Virus record (IMG/VR): IMGVR_UViG_3300031555_006030
Source of the DNA: a virus
Strand: one strand, 5' to 3'
Length of the DNA: 64,000 nt
Below are positions 52,843 through 62,335 of the stretch, piece after piece. Below the pieces are notes generated by a model that worked only from the letters and a program-made list of their open reading frames with translations, did not search any database and had not been told where the DNA came from. The translations under genes and the position numbers were made by a program. Numbering within the stretch: the first letter of the stretch is position 1; every line of letters begins with the position of its first letter.

Positions 52843-54776
52843 TTATTAATAGGCTCCCACTTTCTCATTTTATATTCATTTGTGCGCTCTTTTGACCAAG
52901 TCTTAATTGGTGTATAAAAACCAACAATTCGAGTATACTCTGTTTCAACAGGTCTACCACACTGAGGGCAAGTGCGTCCATAAAATGCATGATTATTGTC
53001 ACATGCTTGAATCTTTGTGTTAAATGCAAAATAAGTTACCCCAGCATCGGAGATATAGTTTACCATATCCCAAGCCTTTTCAAAGCTATCAAAGGGGGCG
53101 TCTATGTTTGCATGAAGAATGGAACCTCCGTTACAATAACCGTCAAACTCTGCGGCAATACGCACACGCTCTGCAAGAGTGGTCTGAATACCAAGAGGGA
53201 TAAACTGGTTGCCATAAAGAGGTAGATCAAAGACTTCTGCATTTGGATAGAAGAATTTATCTTTGCGCATTAGTTTCGCGGCGGCCGACTCTCCGGGAAT
53301 TTGCTCGGTATTAATGTGATAATCGGCACCCATTTCTGCTATAAATTCATCTGCTACTTGGCGCATTGTTTCAAAAATTAACTTACCAAGGCGAGAAGCA
53401 TCTTCTGTGTAGAATACATTGCCAAATTCATCAGTATGAGTATATCCAAAGCGTTTCATAGTTTCATATACTCCAATAAAACCTATTGTGTTATAAAGAT
53501 GCTCGAAATCAACCAGTCCATTGGAAAAATTTGGTAAAAGTCCTTTCTCAACATTGCGACGAATGATATTTCGTACGCAGTGTAAAGCTTCAAGATTAAG
53601 TCTTGTACGATACTTAAGTTGTTCAATATATTCTTCTTCTGTTTCAACATCAAGCGCAAGGCGCGCAAGATTGATTGTAGACACCTTTACAGAGCCAACT
53701 TTAAGTGCGGTTCCTCCGATACTATTAAAATAACCTAGGTCTTTAATATCACTCTTCAAACGGCAACAGTTAGAAAGTGAAGTTACAGAGTCATCAATAA
53801 ATAAATTACTATCAGACCAGCGCATGTTGTGCTTTACGGCCCAGCGTGCAAATTCTTCATCCTGGAATTTTCCTTCTTGTTTTAAAAGAGAGATTGAAAG
53901 GACTGGGAAAGTAAACATATTCTTGTCTCTAATATCAGCAACGGTTTCCATATACCACTTCTGGAATTCAATAACCTCTTCCTCATAGTCAATCATAAAT
54001 TCTCCATTGGGGAATGTACTGCCGCCAAACAGAGCTTCATAATAAGGATGGTCGAACACGCTTGTATTAGTAAACGCAGATTGCGACCCATCGCGAACAT
54101 ACGGTTGGTTCACCGCGTAAACAAAACGCTGGAAGTTTTGGCGCGCATATTTCTCTCCATTGCCACTGCTCTTGATACCGAGATAATCTTCTTCCATATC
54201 CTTGTGCCAGAAGTAATACATATAAGGAATAAGGTTAGGAAGACCAACGGCACCTGAAGAGCGATTAGAAGCGTAACTAATATATTCTTTAACAAAGTCT
54301 ACAAAAGTGGTTAAGTGTTGTGCAGGCTCTGGATTAAATGGAGCGCCGATAAAGTATAGTCCTTTTTCAGCTAGATCTTTAAGATCATAAGCGAAACAGT
54401 AATGTTTAAAGGTCGAAGTATCGGCATCATGCATATAGAGCTGTCCAATCCACTCTGCTCGTAACCACTCGTTTGCGCGCTTAAATCCAAAATGTTTTTG
54501 CATTTCATAGTGAATCTTATTATAAGATAACAATTTTCTATGAGGCTTAGGCATCTCATTTAATAGAGTAACCATATCCTTTTTACTAACATTGCTATTG
54601 CCATCAATGCTCGCATCTGCGACGACTTTAGTATCGATAAAGGAGCTAATAAAGTCAGTATAAGATAATTGTTCATCAGCGAATCCATTCAATTTTGCCA
54701 TTTCAGTACCAAATTCATCTTGCATTTTGTTATAAGCGGTAACAAAATTTTTTTTCAATTTAACATTAATTTCCAT
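52839..54776 (-). CDS. nrdD: anaerobic ribonucleoside-triphosphate reductase (class III)
   Basis: The C-terminus has a CPQCGRP zinc ribbon and the glycyl-radical motif RIVGFYT. The likely start is MEINVKL at 54776 (the track start at 54851 is too early). Confidence 0.8.
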   Translation of the reverse strand: MEINVKLKKNFVTAYNKMQDEFGTEMAKLNGFADEQLSYTDFISSFIDTKVVADASIDGNSNVSKKDMVTLLNEMPKPHRKLLSYNKIHYEMQKHFGFKRANEWLRAEWIGQLYMHDADTSTFKHYCFAYDLKDLAEKGLYFIGAPFNPEPAQHLTTFVDFVKEYISYASNRSSGAVGLPNLIPYMYYFWHKDMEEDYLGIKSSGNGEKYARQNFQRFVYAVNQPYVRDGSQSAFTNTSVFDHPYYEALFGGSTFPNGEFMIDYEEEVIEFQKWYMETVADIRDKNMFTFPVLSISLLKQEGKFQDEEFARWAVKHNMRWSDSNLFIDDSVTSLSNCCRLKSDIKDLGYFNSIGGTALKVGSVKVSTINLARLALDVETEEEYIEQLKYRTRLNLEALHCVRNIIRRNVEKGLLPNFSNGLVDFEHLYNTIGFIGVYETMKRFGYTHTDEFGNVFYTEDASRLGKLIFETMRQVADEFIAEMGADYHINTEQIPGESAAAKLMRKDKFFYPNAEVFDLPLYGNQFIPLGIQTTLAERVRIAAEFDGYCNGGSILHANIDAPFDSFEKAWDMVNYISDAGVTYFAFNTKIQACDNNHAFYGRTCPQCGRPVETEYTRIVGFYTPIKTWSKERTNEYKMRKWEPINK

Positions 54777-55437
54777 ATCTCCAATGATATCCTCCTGTTG
54801 TTTGTAAAATTCCTTGGCAACAACGAGATATATTTTCATGATGTAAGCCAAGTTCTTTCTCTGCTTCTGCTAGAGATTTAAAAGTTTTGTTTAGTTCTAC
54901 ACAATATACACTAGTAGTCCTTTGATCTATTGAAGATGGAATATTATTGGATAGAAAATCTTCATAGTATGCCCAATGAAATTTATAAGCAGTGTGTAAT
55001 TTACCACGACAGCAAGCAATAATGTTTGCATTTGCGAATCCTTTGAGTCGCTCAATCTCTTTGGCGCTATCAAAAATCTCTTGTGTTTCTAAACATATAA
55101 TTTTTCTTTTAGTTTTGCAACTGTTGCTCATTTTTTGACGAGATTCTATCGAATATTCATTATTTAATCCGCCACTTTTTATATTATAACCGTTATTTAC
55201 AGTATCATATTTTGTAATAAGCTCTTCTTTTTGATTTGCTTCTTGTAAAGTTAGGTTTTGACATAAAATAGTTTGTTCAAAATTATCCCAGCCATATTTT
55301 TTAATAGCATTATAAAATTTAATACAGCCAGTATAATTGGATGGATGGCAACGACGAGCCATATCTTTAGACTAACCAATGTATTTTTTACCATTTGTTT
55401 TATTAGTATAGCAGTAAATACAATATTGATTATCCAT
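54766..55437 (-). CDS. free-standing GIY-YIG homing endonuclease with TAG inside the catalytic motif
   Basis: The sequence reads MDNQYCIYCYTNKTNGKKYIG-TAG-SKDMARR. Two NUMOD-like C-terminal repeats follow. It overlaps nrdH by 8 nt and nrdD by 11 nt. Confidence 0.6.
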
Positions 55438-55639
55438 TAGCATGCTCCTTTAACCATTTTATAGCTTCTGGAAATTTATAAGTTACATTATCAACTTTAA
55501 GAATTGGCGCCGAACGGAATCCTAAAGCAACCATAGTCTCTTGGTCAGAGACAATTCTGTATTCAATTCCCGCTGAATCAAGCTTTGCCTTTAAGACAGC
55601 ACATTGCGGACATCCTGTGGAATATAAAGTAATATCCAT
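55430..55639 (-). CDS. nrdH: glutaredoxin-like NrdH
   Basis: It has a CPQC redox motif in a 69-aa protein. Confidence 0.6.
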   Translation of the reverse strand: MDITLYSTGCPQCAVLKAKLDSAGIEYRIVSDQETMVALGFRSAPILKVDNVTYKFPEAIKWLKEHANG

Positions 55640-55696
55640 TTCATTTTCTCCTTATCATTTAATTTTGTATTTATTATAAAAATTATAATAAATAAT

Positions 55697-56365
55697 TTAA
55701 TTATCTTTGACCTCGTTTTCAATTGATTCTGCCTTTGTCGCCATTGAGCTTTCCCAACGCATAATAGTCTCGAATGAAGTATCAGCGCCTAACGCCTCCC
55801 ACATTTCACTTATTGCATCAAGACAACTGTTTGAAGCAGTTAAAAGGTCTAAATCTGCGCCATCCCAGTTGTCAATTTGATACCTATCAAAATCTAAAGC
55901 AGAAAAATCTTTTTCATCAGTAAAGTATCGTCTACACATTTCAGCACAGTCAGGGACTTCTTCTCTATTAAGATAGCGCATTAAACGCTGTTTGTCAGGC
56001 GCAGTTACTTCAAAGACTATAACATCTAGTCGAGAGTCTTCAAGCAATGCTTCTACTCCTGCGGGATTAAACACTCCAATGTTGATTTTGTCTTTTGAGA
56101 GAGATTCAAGAGTAGTTCCATAGAACCAATCTCTAAACTCTGTTGCTTCAAGCATATCTCCATTAAGCACTTTGCGTGTAAAATCATTAAGTGAAATAAA
56201 GTGATAATTTACTCCCTCTACCTCACCCTCTCGTGCCGGACGCGTAGTGCAGCTGACAATAGGGTGAAACATGAGTGGATGAAGTTCACAAGTTGCCTTT
56301 TGAATTGAGTCTTTACCTGCGCCCGCTTTCCCTATGAGCGCAACTACTTGATATTTATTTTCCAT
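55697..56365 (-). CDS. guanylate kinase / nucleoside monophosphate kinase
   Basis: P-loop GKAGAGKDS, plus TTRPAREGEVEGVNYHFIS. Confidence 0.65.
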   Translation of the reverse strand: MENKYQVVALIGKAGAGKDSIQKATCELHPLMFHPIVSCTTRPAREGEVEGVNYHFISLNDFTRKVLNGDMLEATEFRDWFYGTTLESLSKDKINIGVFNPAGVEALLEDSRLDVIVFEVTAPDKQRLMRYLNREEVPDCAEMCRRYFTDEKDFSALDFDRYQIDNWDGADLDLLTASNSCLDAISEMWEALGADTSFETIMRWESSMATKAESIENEVKDN

Positions 56366-56537
56366 TTTTATTTTCTCCTTTTGTCTGTCTTTTTAAAAAT
56401 AGTTTACTTTCTTCTGTTGCTTGAGAGAGATATTTTTCTAAAATATCTCTCTCAAAAGCATAGTCGTAATTAACAACCATTTGATATGAATAACTATTTT
56501 CATAGTTTTCAATAGTTTTCTTTTCAATTATTATCAT
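56355..56537 (-). CDS. hypothetical small protein
   Basis: 60-aa ORF. Confidence 0.3.
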   Translation of the reverse strand: MIIIEKKTIENYENSYSYQMVVNYDYAFERDILEKYLSQATEESKLFLKRQTKGENKNGK

Positions 56538-57935
56538 TCTTCCATGTCCTTTCTTTCATGCACCAATTCCATATCGCGCCCATCATTGAAAAGCGAAATC
56601 TTATAGATTTGATGAGTAGGTGTGTGCTTATAGGTTTTGGTTACGAACTGATCACCTCGTCTAAAACCAGTTAAGAGTAGCATCGTTCCTCTCTTGAACC
56701 AGCCCTTCTCCGTCACCTTTTTAGACCCATCATCTTGAAGCTCCGACAATTGCTTCTTGTATTGCGCGTAATATTCTTTCGTAAACTTAACCGTTACAAC
56801 ACCCGAGGGGGTCAATAGGGTAATGGATGCTTTGTTATCATTCTTTGCGATTACAGTTCCAATGATTTTATGCGTTTTCCAAATTGGAATTTGTTGACCA
56901 TTGCGCTTAAAGTAATAATCAACTTCTGGCTCTTCTGGAAGCGCAAAGAAGTTTGAAATGCCATACTTGTAGGTATCAACATTCGCTAACTCATGCTCGT
57001 GATAATAGAAACACAAGGATTCCATTTCCCAAGAGGACAAAGAACCTTGGGCATATTTATTCCAAGCATCTATAAAGAGCTGCTTATTAAGTTCGTGCAA
57101 AACCTCGCTCTGATGCTCTTTTAACCAATCTCTGGCGCCATCCATTTGTTTTTGATAAATTCCATCCCAAGTTTTTTGTTGAATACAAGTTAAACCATTA
57201 ATAATCTCTAACTTTTCAATATCAAAGTTATCTTTATAGAATTTATCACAGGGTTCATCAAACACAAAATATTTTCCAACTTTTGTATTTGCTTTAAGAT
57301 ATTTATTAAACTCAAACACTCTGCGCTCAAAGTCAAGCGACTCTGGAACCAATCTACGCTGAATAAGTCCATTGAAGTTTTGTAAGGTTAATTTACTTTT
57401 AGGTTCACAAGCTTTCGATAAATAATATGCCATTACTACAAATCTTGGGTGAATATTTAACTCTTTACCCCATTCTATCTCAAGCTTATCAAAAGCGCCC
57501 GCCTTAATAAGAGAAATCATCTGCGTTTTATTAAGCGGACAGCGCTCCATGAAGTCTGCGATATTCGCGTACGGTCTGCCGCTTATTATCTGCTCAATAA
57601 CTTCACTATTGATTCCACTTAACGCTTTCATACCAAAAAGGATTTGATTATTTTCTACATCGGGTTTAAAACTAAATTGAGATTTATTTATGTCTACCAA
57701 AGACACATCGATACCAGCGGATAAAATATCACCAAGCGCTTTTGCCAGCTTAGTATAATCTGTCTGCTTGTCTTTTGCCTCTTCGTCATCATCCTCGTTA
57801 TCATATCCTTCAAGCGAACCACTATTGACAATTAAGTTTGCAGTATTCCAATAGATAGGATTCCATCTTGTGGCGGCGTATGCCGTCTGGAAACCAATGA
57901 AGCTGTAAGCGAGCGCATGGATAATACTAAAACTA
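56534..57935 (-). CDS. dnaE: DnaE-like DNA polymerase III alpha, C-terminal exon 2
   Basis: The in-frame sequence upstream of track ORF 56534-57706 reads FSIIHALAYSFIGFQTAYAATRWNP, matching the DnaE pattern [24 protein letters not shown]. The 5' boundary is approximate. Confidence 0.6.
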
Positions 57936-59125
57936 TCACGTAAATCCAGTATTCCTACTGGCGTAGACTATCTCTTACTTATCTTTGAGAGTAAGATAAG
58001 TACACCCATTTCCCGCCTCGTACCAATAGAGGAGGTACTTCCGATCTCACTCGGAATAGTCGTTACAGGGTTTTAAAGGATAACTTAATTTTTCATCATA
58101 AAAACATTCTCCAACCTTAATGCGGCGAACAGTTTCTTCGGAAGCTTTTACCATTTCTGCAATTTCTCTATTGGAAAAAGAAGTAGTTAACAAAAGCTCT
58201 TTAATTTTATTCGCGCGCTGTTCATTTGCAGATATTTTTCGGATTGGATAAGAAGGATATAATCCTTTTCTTAATGTTCCAGCATTAATTTTTTTAACAG
58301 TGGAATATCCTAATCCTAGCATTCTTGCAATTTCTGCTAAGCTATAAGTTGAATTTAATAGAAGTTCAATTAATTCATCATAGTCTTTATCCTCTTTATA
58401 GTATTTACAAAGTGGATATTCTTCATTTTCATCAAAATAATAAATACCATGATTTAGAGAAGAAATGAAAGAGGCGCTTGCGCCATACTTAATAGTAATA
58501 TCTAAAAATGGTGTTTTATCTTTGATGAGTTGCTTCATGTCTTGGATTTCTTCTTTTGTCCAGGTTCTAGCATGCTCTCGAGAATCTCCTCCCCAAGAAA
58601 CATTATATCCTTTGCCAGTACTGCAATGAGATTCTAATTTTTTAACCCAATATTTTTCTCTTTCATTTACTTCTTGGATATCTTCTGTGTAGAGCTTCTC
58701 AAGTAAAGATATTTCAAAAGCGGCTTCTCCATATTGTCTTATCTTTTGATGAATTAAATTATTATAAGATGAAGCCTTCTCATTGAAAGCGCATGAGCGA
58801 TGTTCTCTTACTCTTCTATTAAAATTGTTTGTTTGACCAACATATTTATGTTGATTAATTTTGTTTGTGTAGCAGTAAATATAATACATACCATTTCTCT
58901 CCTTTTTAATATTATATTACTGTTATCATTATCCTTTAATTTCCCACGGGATTGTCTGATAACAGTTAGGATATTTTTTGTATCCTCACTGTTATATAAG
59001 ATTTCCCCGTTAGCATTTATCTAAATTTGACCTTAATTTTAAAAATTTTTTAGATAAATACCCCACTGGTTAGTGGAAAAGGTGTATAGGGGCAAGTTTT
59101 TGTTTACCCCATTTGCGGGCCAATA
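57936..59125 (-). mobile_element. putative group I intron in dnaE (boundaries approximate)
   Basis: An S-like AAGAGATAGTCTACGCC at 57961-57977 and an R-like ACGACTATTCC at 58054-58065 can form P7 (GACUAU paired with AUAGUC). A P8-like hairpin CTTATCTT...AAGATAAG lies between them. The GIY-YIG ORF sits inside, and there are stops in all frames. Confidence 0.5.
58047..58889 (-). CDS. GIY-YIG homing endonuclease (intron-encoded; standard code)
   Basis: The N-terminus reads YYIYCYTNKINQHKYVGQTNNFNRRVREH; the C-terminus has a helix-turn-helix. Confidence 0.7.
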   Translation of the reverse strand: MYYIYCYTNKINQHKYVGQTNNFNRRVREHRSCAFNEKASSYNNLIHQKIRQYGEAAFEISLLEKLYTEDIQEVNEREKYWVKKLESHCSTGKGYNVSWGGDSREHARTWTKEEIQDMKQLIKDKTPFLDITIKYGASASFISSLNHGIYYFDENEEYPLCKYYKEDKDYDELIELLLNSTYSLAEIARMLGLGYSTVKKINAGTLRKGLYPSYPIRKISANEQRANKIKELLLTTSFSNREIAEMVKASEETVRRIKVGECFYDEKLSYPLKPCNDYSE

Positions 59126-61620
59126 CCATGCTTCCAAACATAATGACCCATGCATGGAGAGCTAGCTTGATCAAGAACTTGCTGTTGCAAAGCAGGGATC
59201 TTAGACATTTGCTTTTTTCCGACGATTTTTCTGGCGGCGTTGGCATCTGCAAGGCTAAACCCACAAATCTTAGGATCCATCAACATCTGCATCATCTGCT
59301 CCTGAGAAGGGGGAACGCCGTGAGACTTTAAGAAATAAGGTTTCAATACTTCTTGTTCCTCTTTTGTGAGTCCATATTCATCCATTTCTTTATACCAAAG
59401 GTTGATGTTATTCTTAAAACGAACATATTTTTCCATTGGTGTTTCCTGACCTTTTTCATTGGTCATAAGTCGCATCAGTCCATTGGCGTCCGCTAACTCA
59501 AGAATACTTGATGGACGAATCTTCTTAGCGGCTTGGGCGCCCACATCCGAGTCAAATTGAAAAAGACCTAATACTGCAACATCTTGGATTGGTTTCCAAT
59601 ACTTTTCTTCTTCAATGGGAAGAACATTCGGATGAAAATATTTATCATATATCTGGCGCAAGGTCATATCTGACTCTAACTCACCAGTCTCTTGCAGCAT
59701 GTTAATAGTCTCTACAAGCTTGTCTTGCACTTCCGTTACGAGGAAGTCGTATTTCACCATTCCAAGTGCTTCACAAGTGTGAAGGTCAAATTGCGTTATA
59801 ACTTCGCCTTTTGGCGTTCTCATGAAGGCGCCAAACTCATATGGATCTTCATCAAACAAGATTACTCCAGATGCGTGAGATGAGCGCTTATTCTTAAGAC
59901 CTTCAATCGAGGTCATAATTTCCAAAAGTCCAGGATAATGATTTACTTCTCTAACGAATGATGCTACTGGTTTACGATCTTTGTCTGGATTACCATTAAC
60001 AACATCACTAATACTCCACAAGAAACCACGCTCTTGCGGCACAAGAGAAGTTAGATACTGCGCCATGTCAACATCAATACCGTCTGGATATTCTTCACTA
60101 CGATATCCGCGGCAAGCGGTCAATATCGCGCTCTTTGTAGTCTCTGTACCAAAAGTTGCGATAAGTGTGCAACCCAAATTGGCGCGAGACAATTCATCAA
60201 TATTTGCATTAAACTTGGCGCCACGCTCCTCTTTAATCTTCTTAAGGATATAGGGTCTTTTACTCGGACATAGATCTAAGTCTATATCACCTAGCTCTAC
60301 TCTTTCCTTATTGAGATATCGCCAGAAAGGCAAGTCCCACTCAATCGGATCAAGCTGAGTAACTCCAAGAAGATAATGGTTTAGACCTGAGCAGCTTGAA
60401 CCACGACCGGCGCCAACCATAGAGCCACATTCCCAGAAGAGATTAATATAATGCTGAAGTGTAACAGGATATGCAAACATATTCGTTTCCAGCTTCTCAC
60501 TAATCGCTCTCTTGATATCTGCCTCTTCTTCAAGTCTTGAAAGATACTGTGTTTCAAGATGACCTATTTCCACTAATTTATTTACACATTCATTTACCCA
60601 ATATCTCTCAACGACATTATCTGAATTATACATATCATCAAGTATTGGAAACTCTGTTTGCTGTTGTCTTTTAGGATATTCTCTTACTTCAACTTTAGGA
60701 ATTCTTTGCTTATGTCGAATACTATAATTTTCAATTTTATCATAGATAGATAAGCTATTTTCAAATAAATTGCTAATATACTCATCATCATTGAAAGATT
60801 TTCGTAAGTTTTCAAAAATCTCGTCTTCAGTTTGAAGATAAGAATACTCATAGAAGCTATCTACCTCTCTCTCACCGCCCTTTGAATTAAGATACGCTTT
60901 ATGAACATATCTATCTTCCTTTGAGAGATAGTGCGCGTCACTACCAATTACCATTGGAATTCGCATTGCTTCAGAGATTTGACGCAACTTTTTATTAACC
61001 ACTATCTGATCTCTTGAAGCGGCGGGTGCGCATTCCAAATAAAAGTCATCTCTAAAAAGATTCTTACACCAAGAGATAAAATCAACTATATGATTATACT
61101 CTTGCTGTCTTGTTTCCATGTCAAACATCGCTTCTGCGCTTAACATATTTGCAACTGCTGTTGATAACTCTCCACCGAGACAAGCAGTTGTTGCTATAAG
61201 TGAACTTGGATATTTGTTTACGATTTCTTCAAGATCTGACTTAAGAGTTACCACTCTTTCCATACCACGATCCCAATAACTATTGAGCCAAGCGCGTGAT
61301 GATAATTCTCTTAATGCGCGCCACCCAGTAGCATTTTTAGCCAAAAGTATAAAGTGATAATACTTTTGACTCATATCTCTTGTATCACAGAGATATATTT
61401 CATTTCCAAGAGCAATTTTGAAATCAGGATGCTCTTCTCTTATCTTTTCGCCATAAAAACTTGCGGCTGGTAGATTACTTAACGACTCATGGTCTGTAAT
61501 ACTTATACCTGCAAGTCCAATCTTCACAGCCTTATCAATTAAATCTTCTACGCGGTTAATACTATCAAGCAGTCTTGTATTTGAAGTATCTGTGTGCGTG
61601 TGTATTTCAAATCGAAGCAT
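59104..61620 (-). CDS. dnaE: DnaE-like DNA polymerase III alpha, exon 1 (PHP, palm and fingers)
   Basis: It has the PHP signature HTHTDTS and catalytic aspartates in ELGDIDLDLC, plus QFDLHTCEALGMVKYDFL. The last ~10 codons before the stop at 59104 are probably intronic. Confidence 0.75.
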   Translation of the reverse strand: MLRFEIHTHTDTSNTRLLDSINRVEDLIDKAVKIGLAGISITDHESLSNLPAASFYGEKIREEHPDFKIALGNEIYLCDTRDMSQKYYHFILLAKNATGWRALRELSSRAWLNSYWDRGMERVVTLKSDLEEIVNKYPSSLIATTACLGGELSTAVANMLSAEAMFDMETRQQEYNHIVDFISWCKNLFRDDFYLECAPAASRDQIVVNKKLRQISEAMRIPMVIGSDAHYLSKEDRYVHKAYLNSKGGEREVDSFYEYSYLQTEDEIFENLRKSFNDDEYISNLFENSLSIYDKIENYSIRHKQRIPKVEVREYPKRQQQTEFPILDDMYNSDNVVERYWVNECVNKLVEIGHLETQYLSRLEEEADIKRAISEKLETNMFAYPVTLQHYINLFWECGSMVGAGRGSSCSGLNHYLLGVTQLDPIEWDLPFWRYLNKERVELGDIDLDLCPSKRPYILKKIKEERGAKFNANIDELSRANLGCTLIATFGTETTKSAILTACRGYRSEEYPDGIDVDMAQYLTSLVPQERGFLWSISDVVNGNPDKDRKPVASFVREVNHYPGLLEIMTSIEGLKNKRSSHASGVILFDEDPYEFGAFMRTPKGEVITQFDLHTCEALGMVKYDFLVTEVQDKLVETINMLQETGELESDMTLRQIYDKYFHPNVLPIEEEKYWKPIQDVAVLGLFQFDSDVGAQAAKKIRPSSILELADANGLMRLMTNEKGQETPMEKYVRFKNNINLWYKEMDEYGLTKEEQEVLKPYFLKSHGVPPSQEQMMQMLMDPKICGFSLADANAARKIVGKKQMSKIPALQQQVLDQASSPCMGHYVWKHGIGPQMG

Positions 61621-61623
61621 TTA

Positions 61624-61806
61624 TTACTCCTCATCTAAAGCGTTCTCAATTTCGTTACATTTATCTTCTATTGCTTGAATAATAAGCGCCATCGCAGGAA
61701 AGCTTAAACCTGCTCTATTCATATTATCTACAAATCGACAATCTTCACTCATTAAAAATTCTCTTACCTCTTGAATTGTTTCTCTGTCAATTGATGTACT
61801 AAACAT
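61624..61806 (-). CDS. hypothetical small protein
   Basis: 60-aa ORF. Confidence 0.35.
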   Translation of the reverse strand: MFSTSIDRETIQEVREFLMSEDCRFVDNMNRAGLSFPAMALIIQAIEDKCNEIENALDEE

Positions 61807-61903
61807 ATTTATTATTCTCCTTTCGCATACTTTTATATATAATAATTATAACTTATTTTTTACAATAAATCAAGCCGTATCACCTGATACGGCTTTTATT
61901 ATT

Positions 61904-62095
61904 TTAAAGCGTGTCTAAAATTATGCGCCAATTATTATAGTTGACTTCGGTTCTAATCATACGCATACCTCCTGCATCATTAACCAGCCATAAATTAGAT
62001 CCATATGGTGCAGGTTCAATTTCTGCTATAAAGCGTGTATTGATAATGATAGAATGGCTAGAATCATAGGGTTGAATTTCTACAAATTGCTTCAT
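61904..62095 (-). CDS. hypothetical small protein (the internal start abuts the upstream stop)
   Basis: ORF 61904-62134, trimmed to Met14. Confidence 0.3.
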   Translation of the reverse strand: MKQFVEIQPYDSSHSIIINTRFIAEIEPAPYGSNLWLVNDAGGMRMIRTEVNYNNWRIILDTL

Positions 62096-62334
62096 TATTC
62101 CCTCCAAATATGAATTGGTAAATTGTATCGGCAAGGAAAGACATTGATTATCTTTCGATCTTGACTATAAGAACAATAAACATCAAAACCTCGTTTCTTC
62201 ATTTGGTACTCAATAATCTCCTCTTTAAGCAAGCCAAGATGTGTGTAGTTTTTAGCTCTTTGCTCTTCGATATAGTTATTAAGATACTCAAAAGTTTCTT
62301 TTATTGCTTGTTCATATTTTTCTGTCATAGCCAC
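62095..62334 (-). CDS. hypothetical protein
   Basis: 79-aa ORF. Confidence 0.35.
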   Translation of the reverse strand: MAMTEKYEQAIKETFEYLNNYIEEQRAKNYTHLGLLKEEIIEYQMKKRGFDVYCSYSQDRKIINVFPCRYNLPIHIWRE

Positions 62335-62335
62335 C

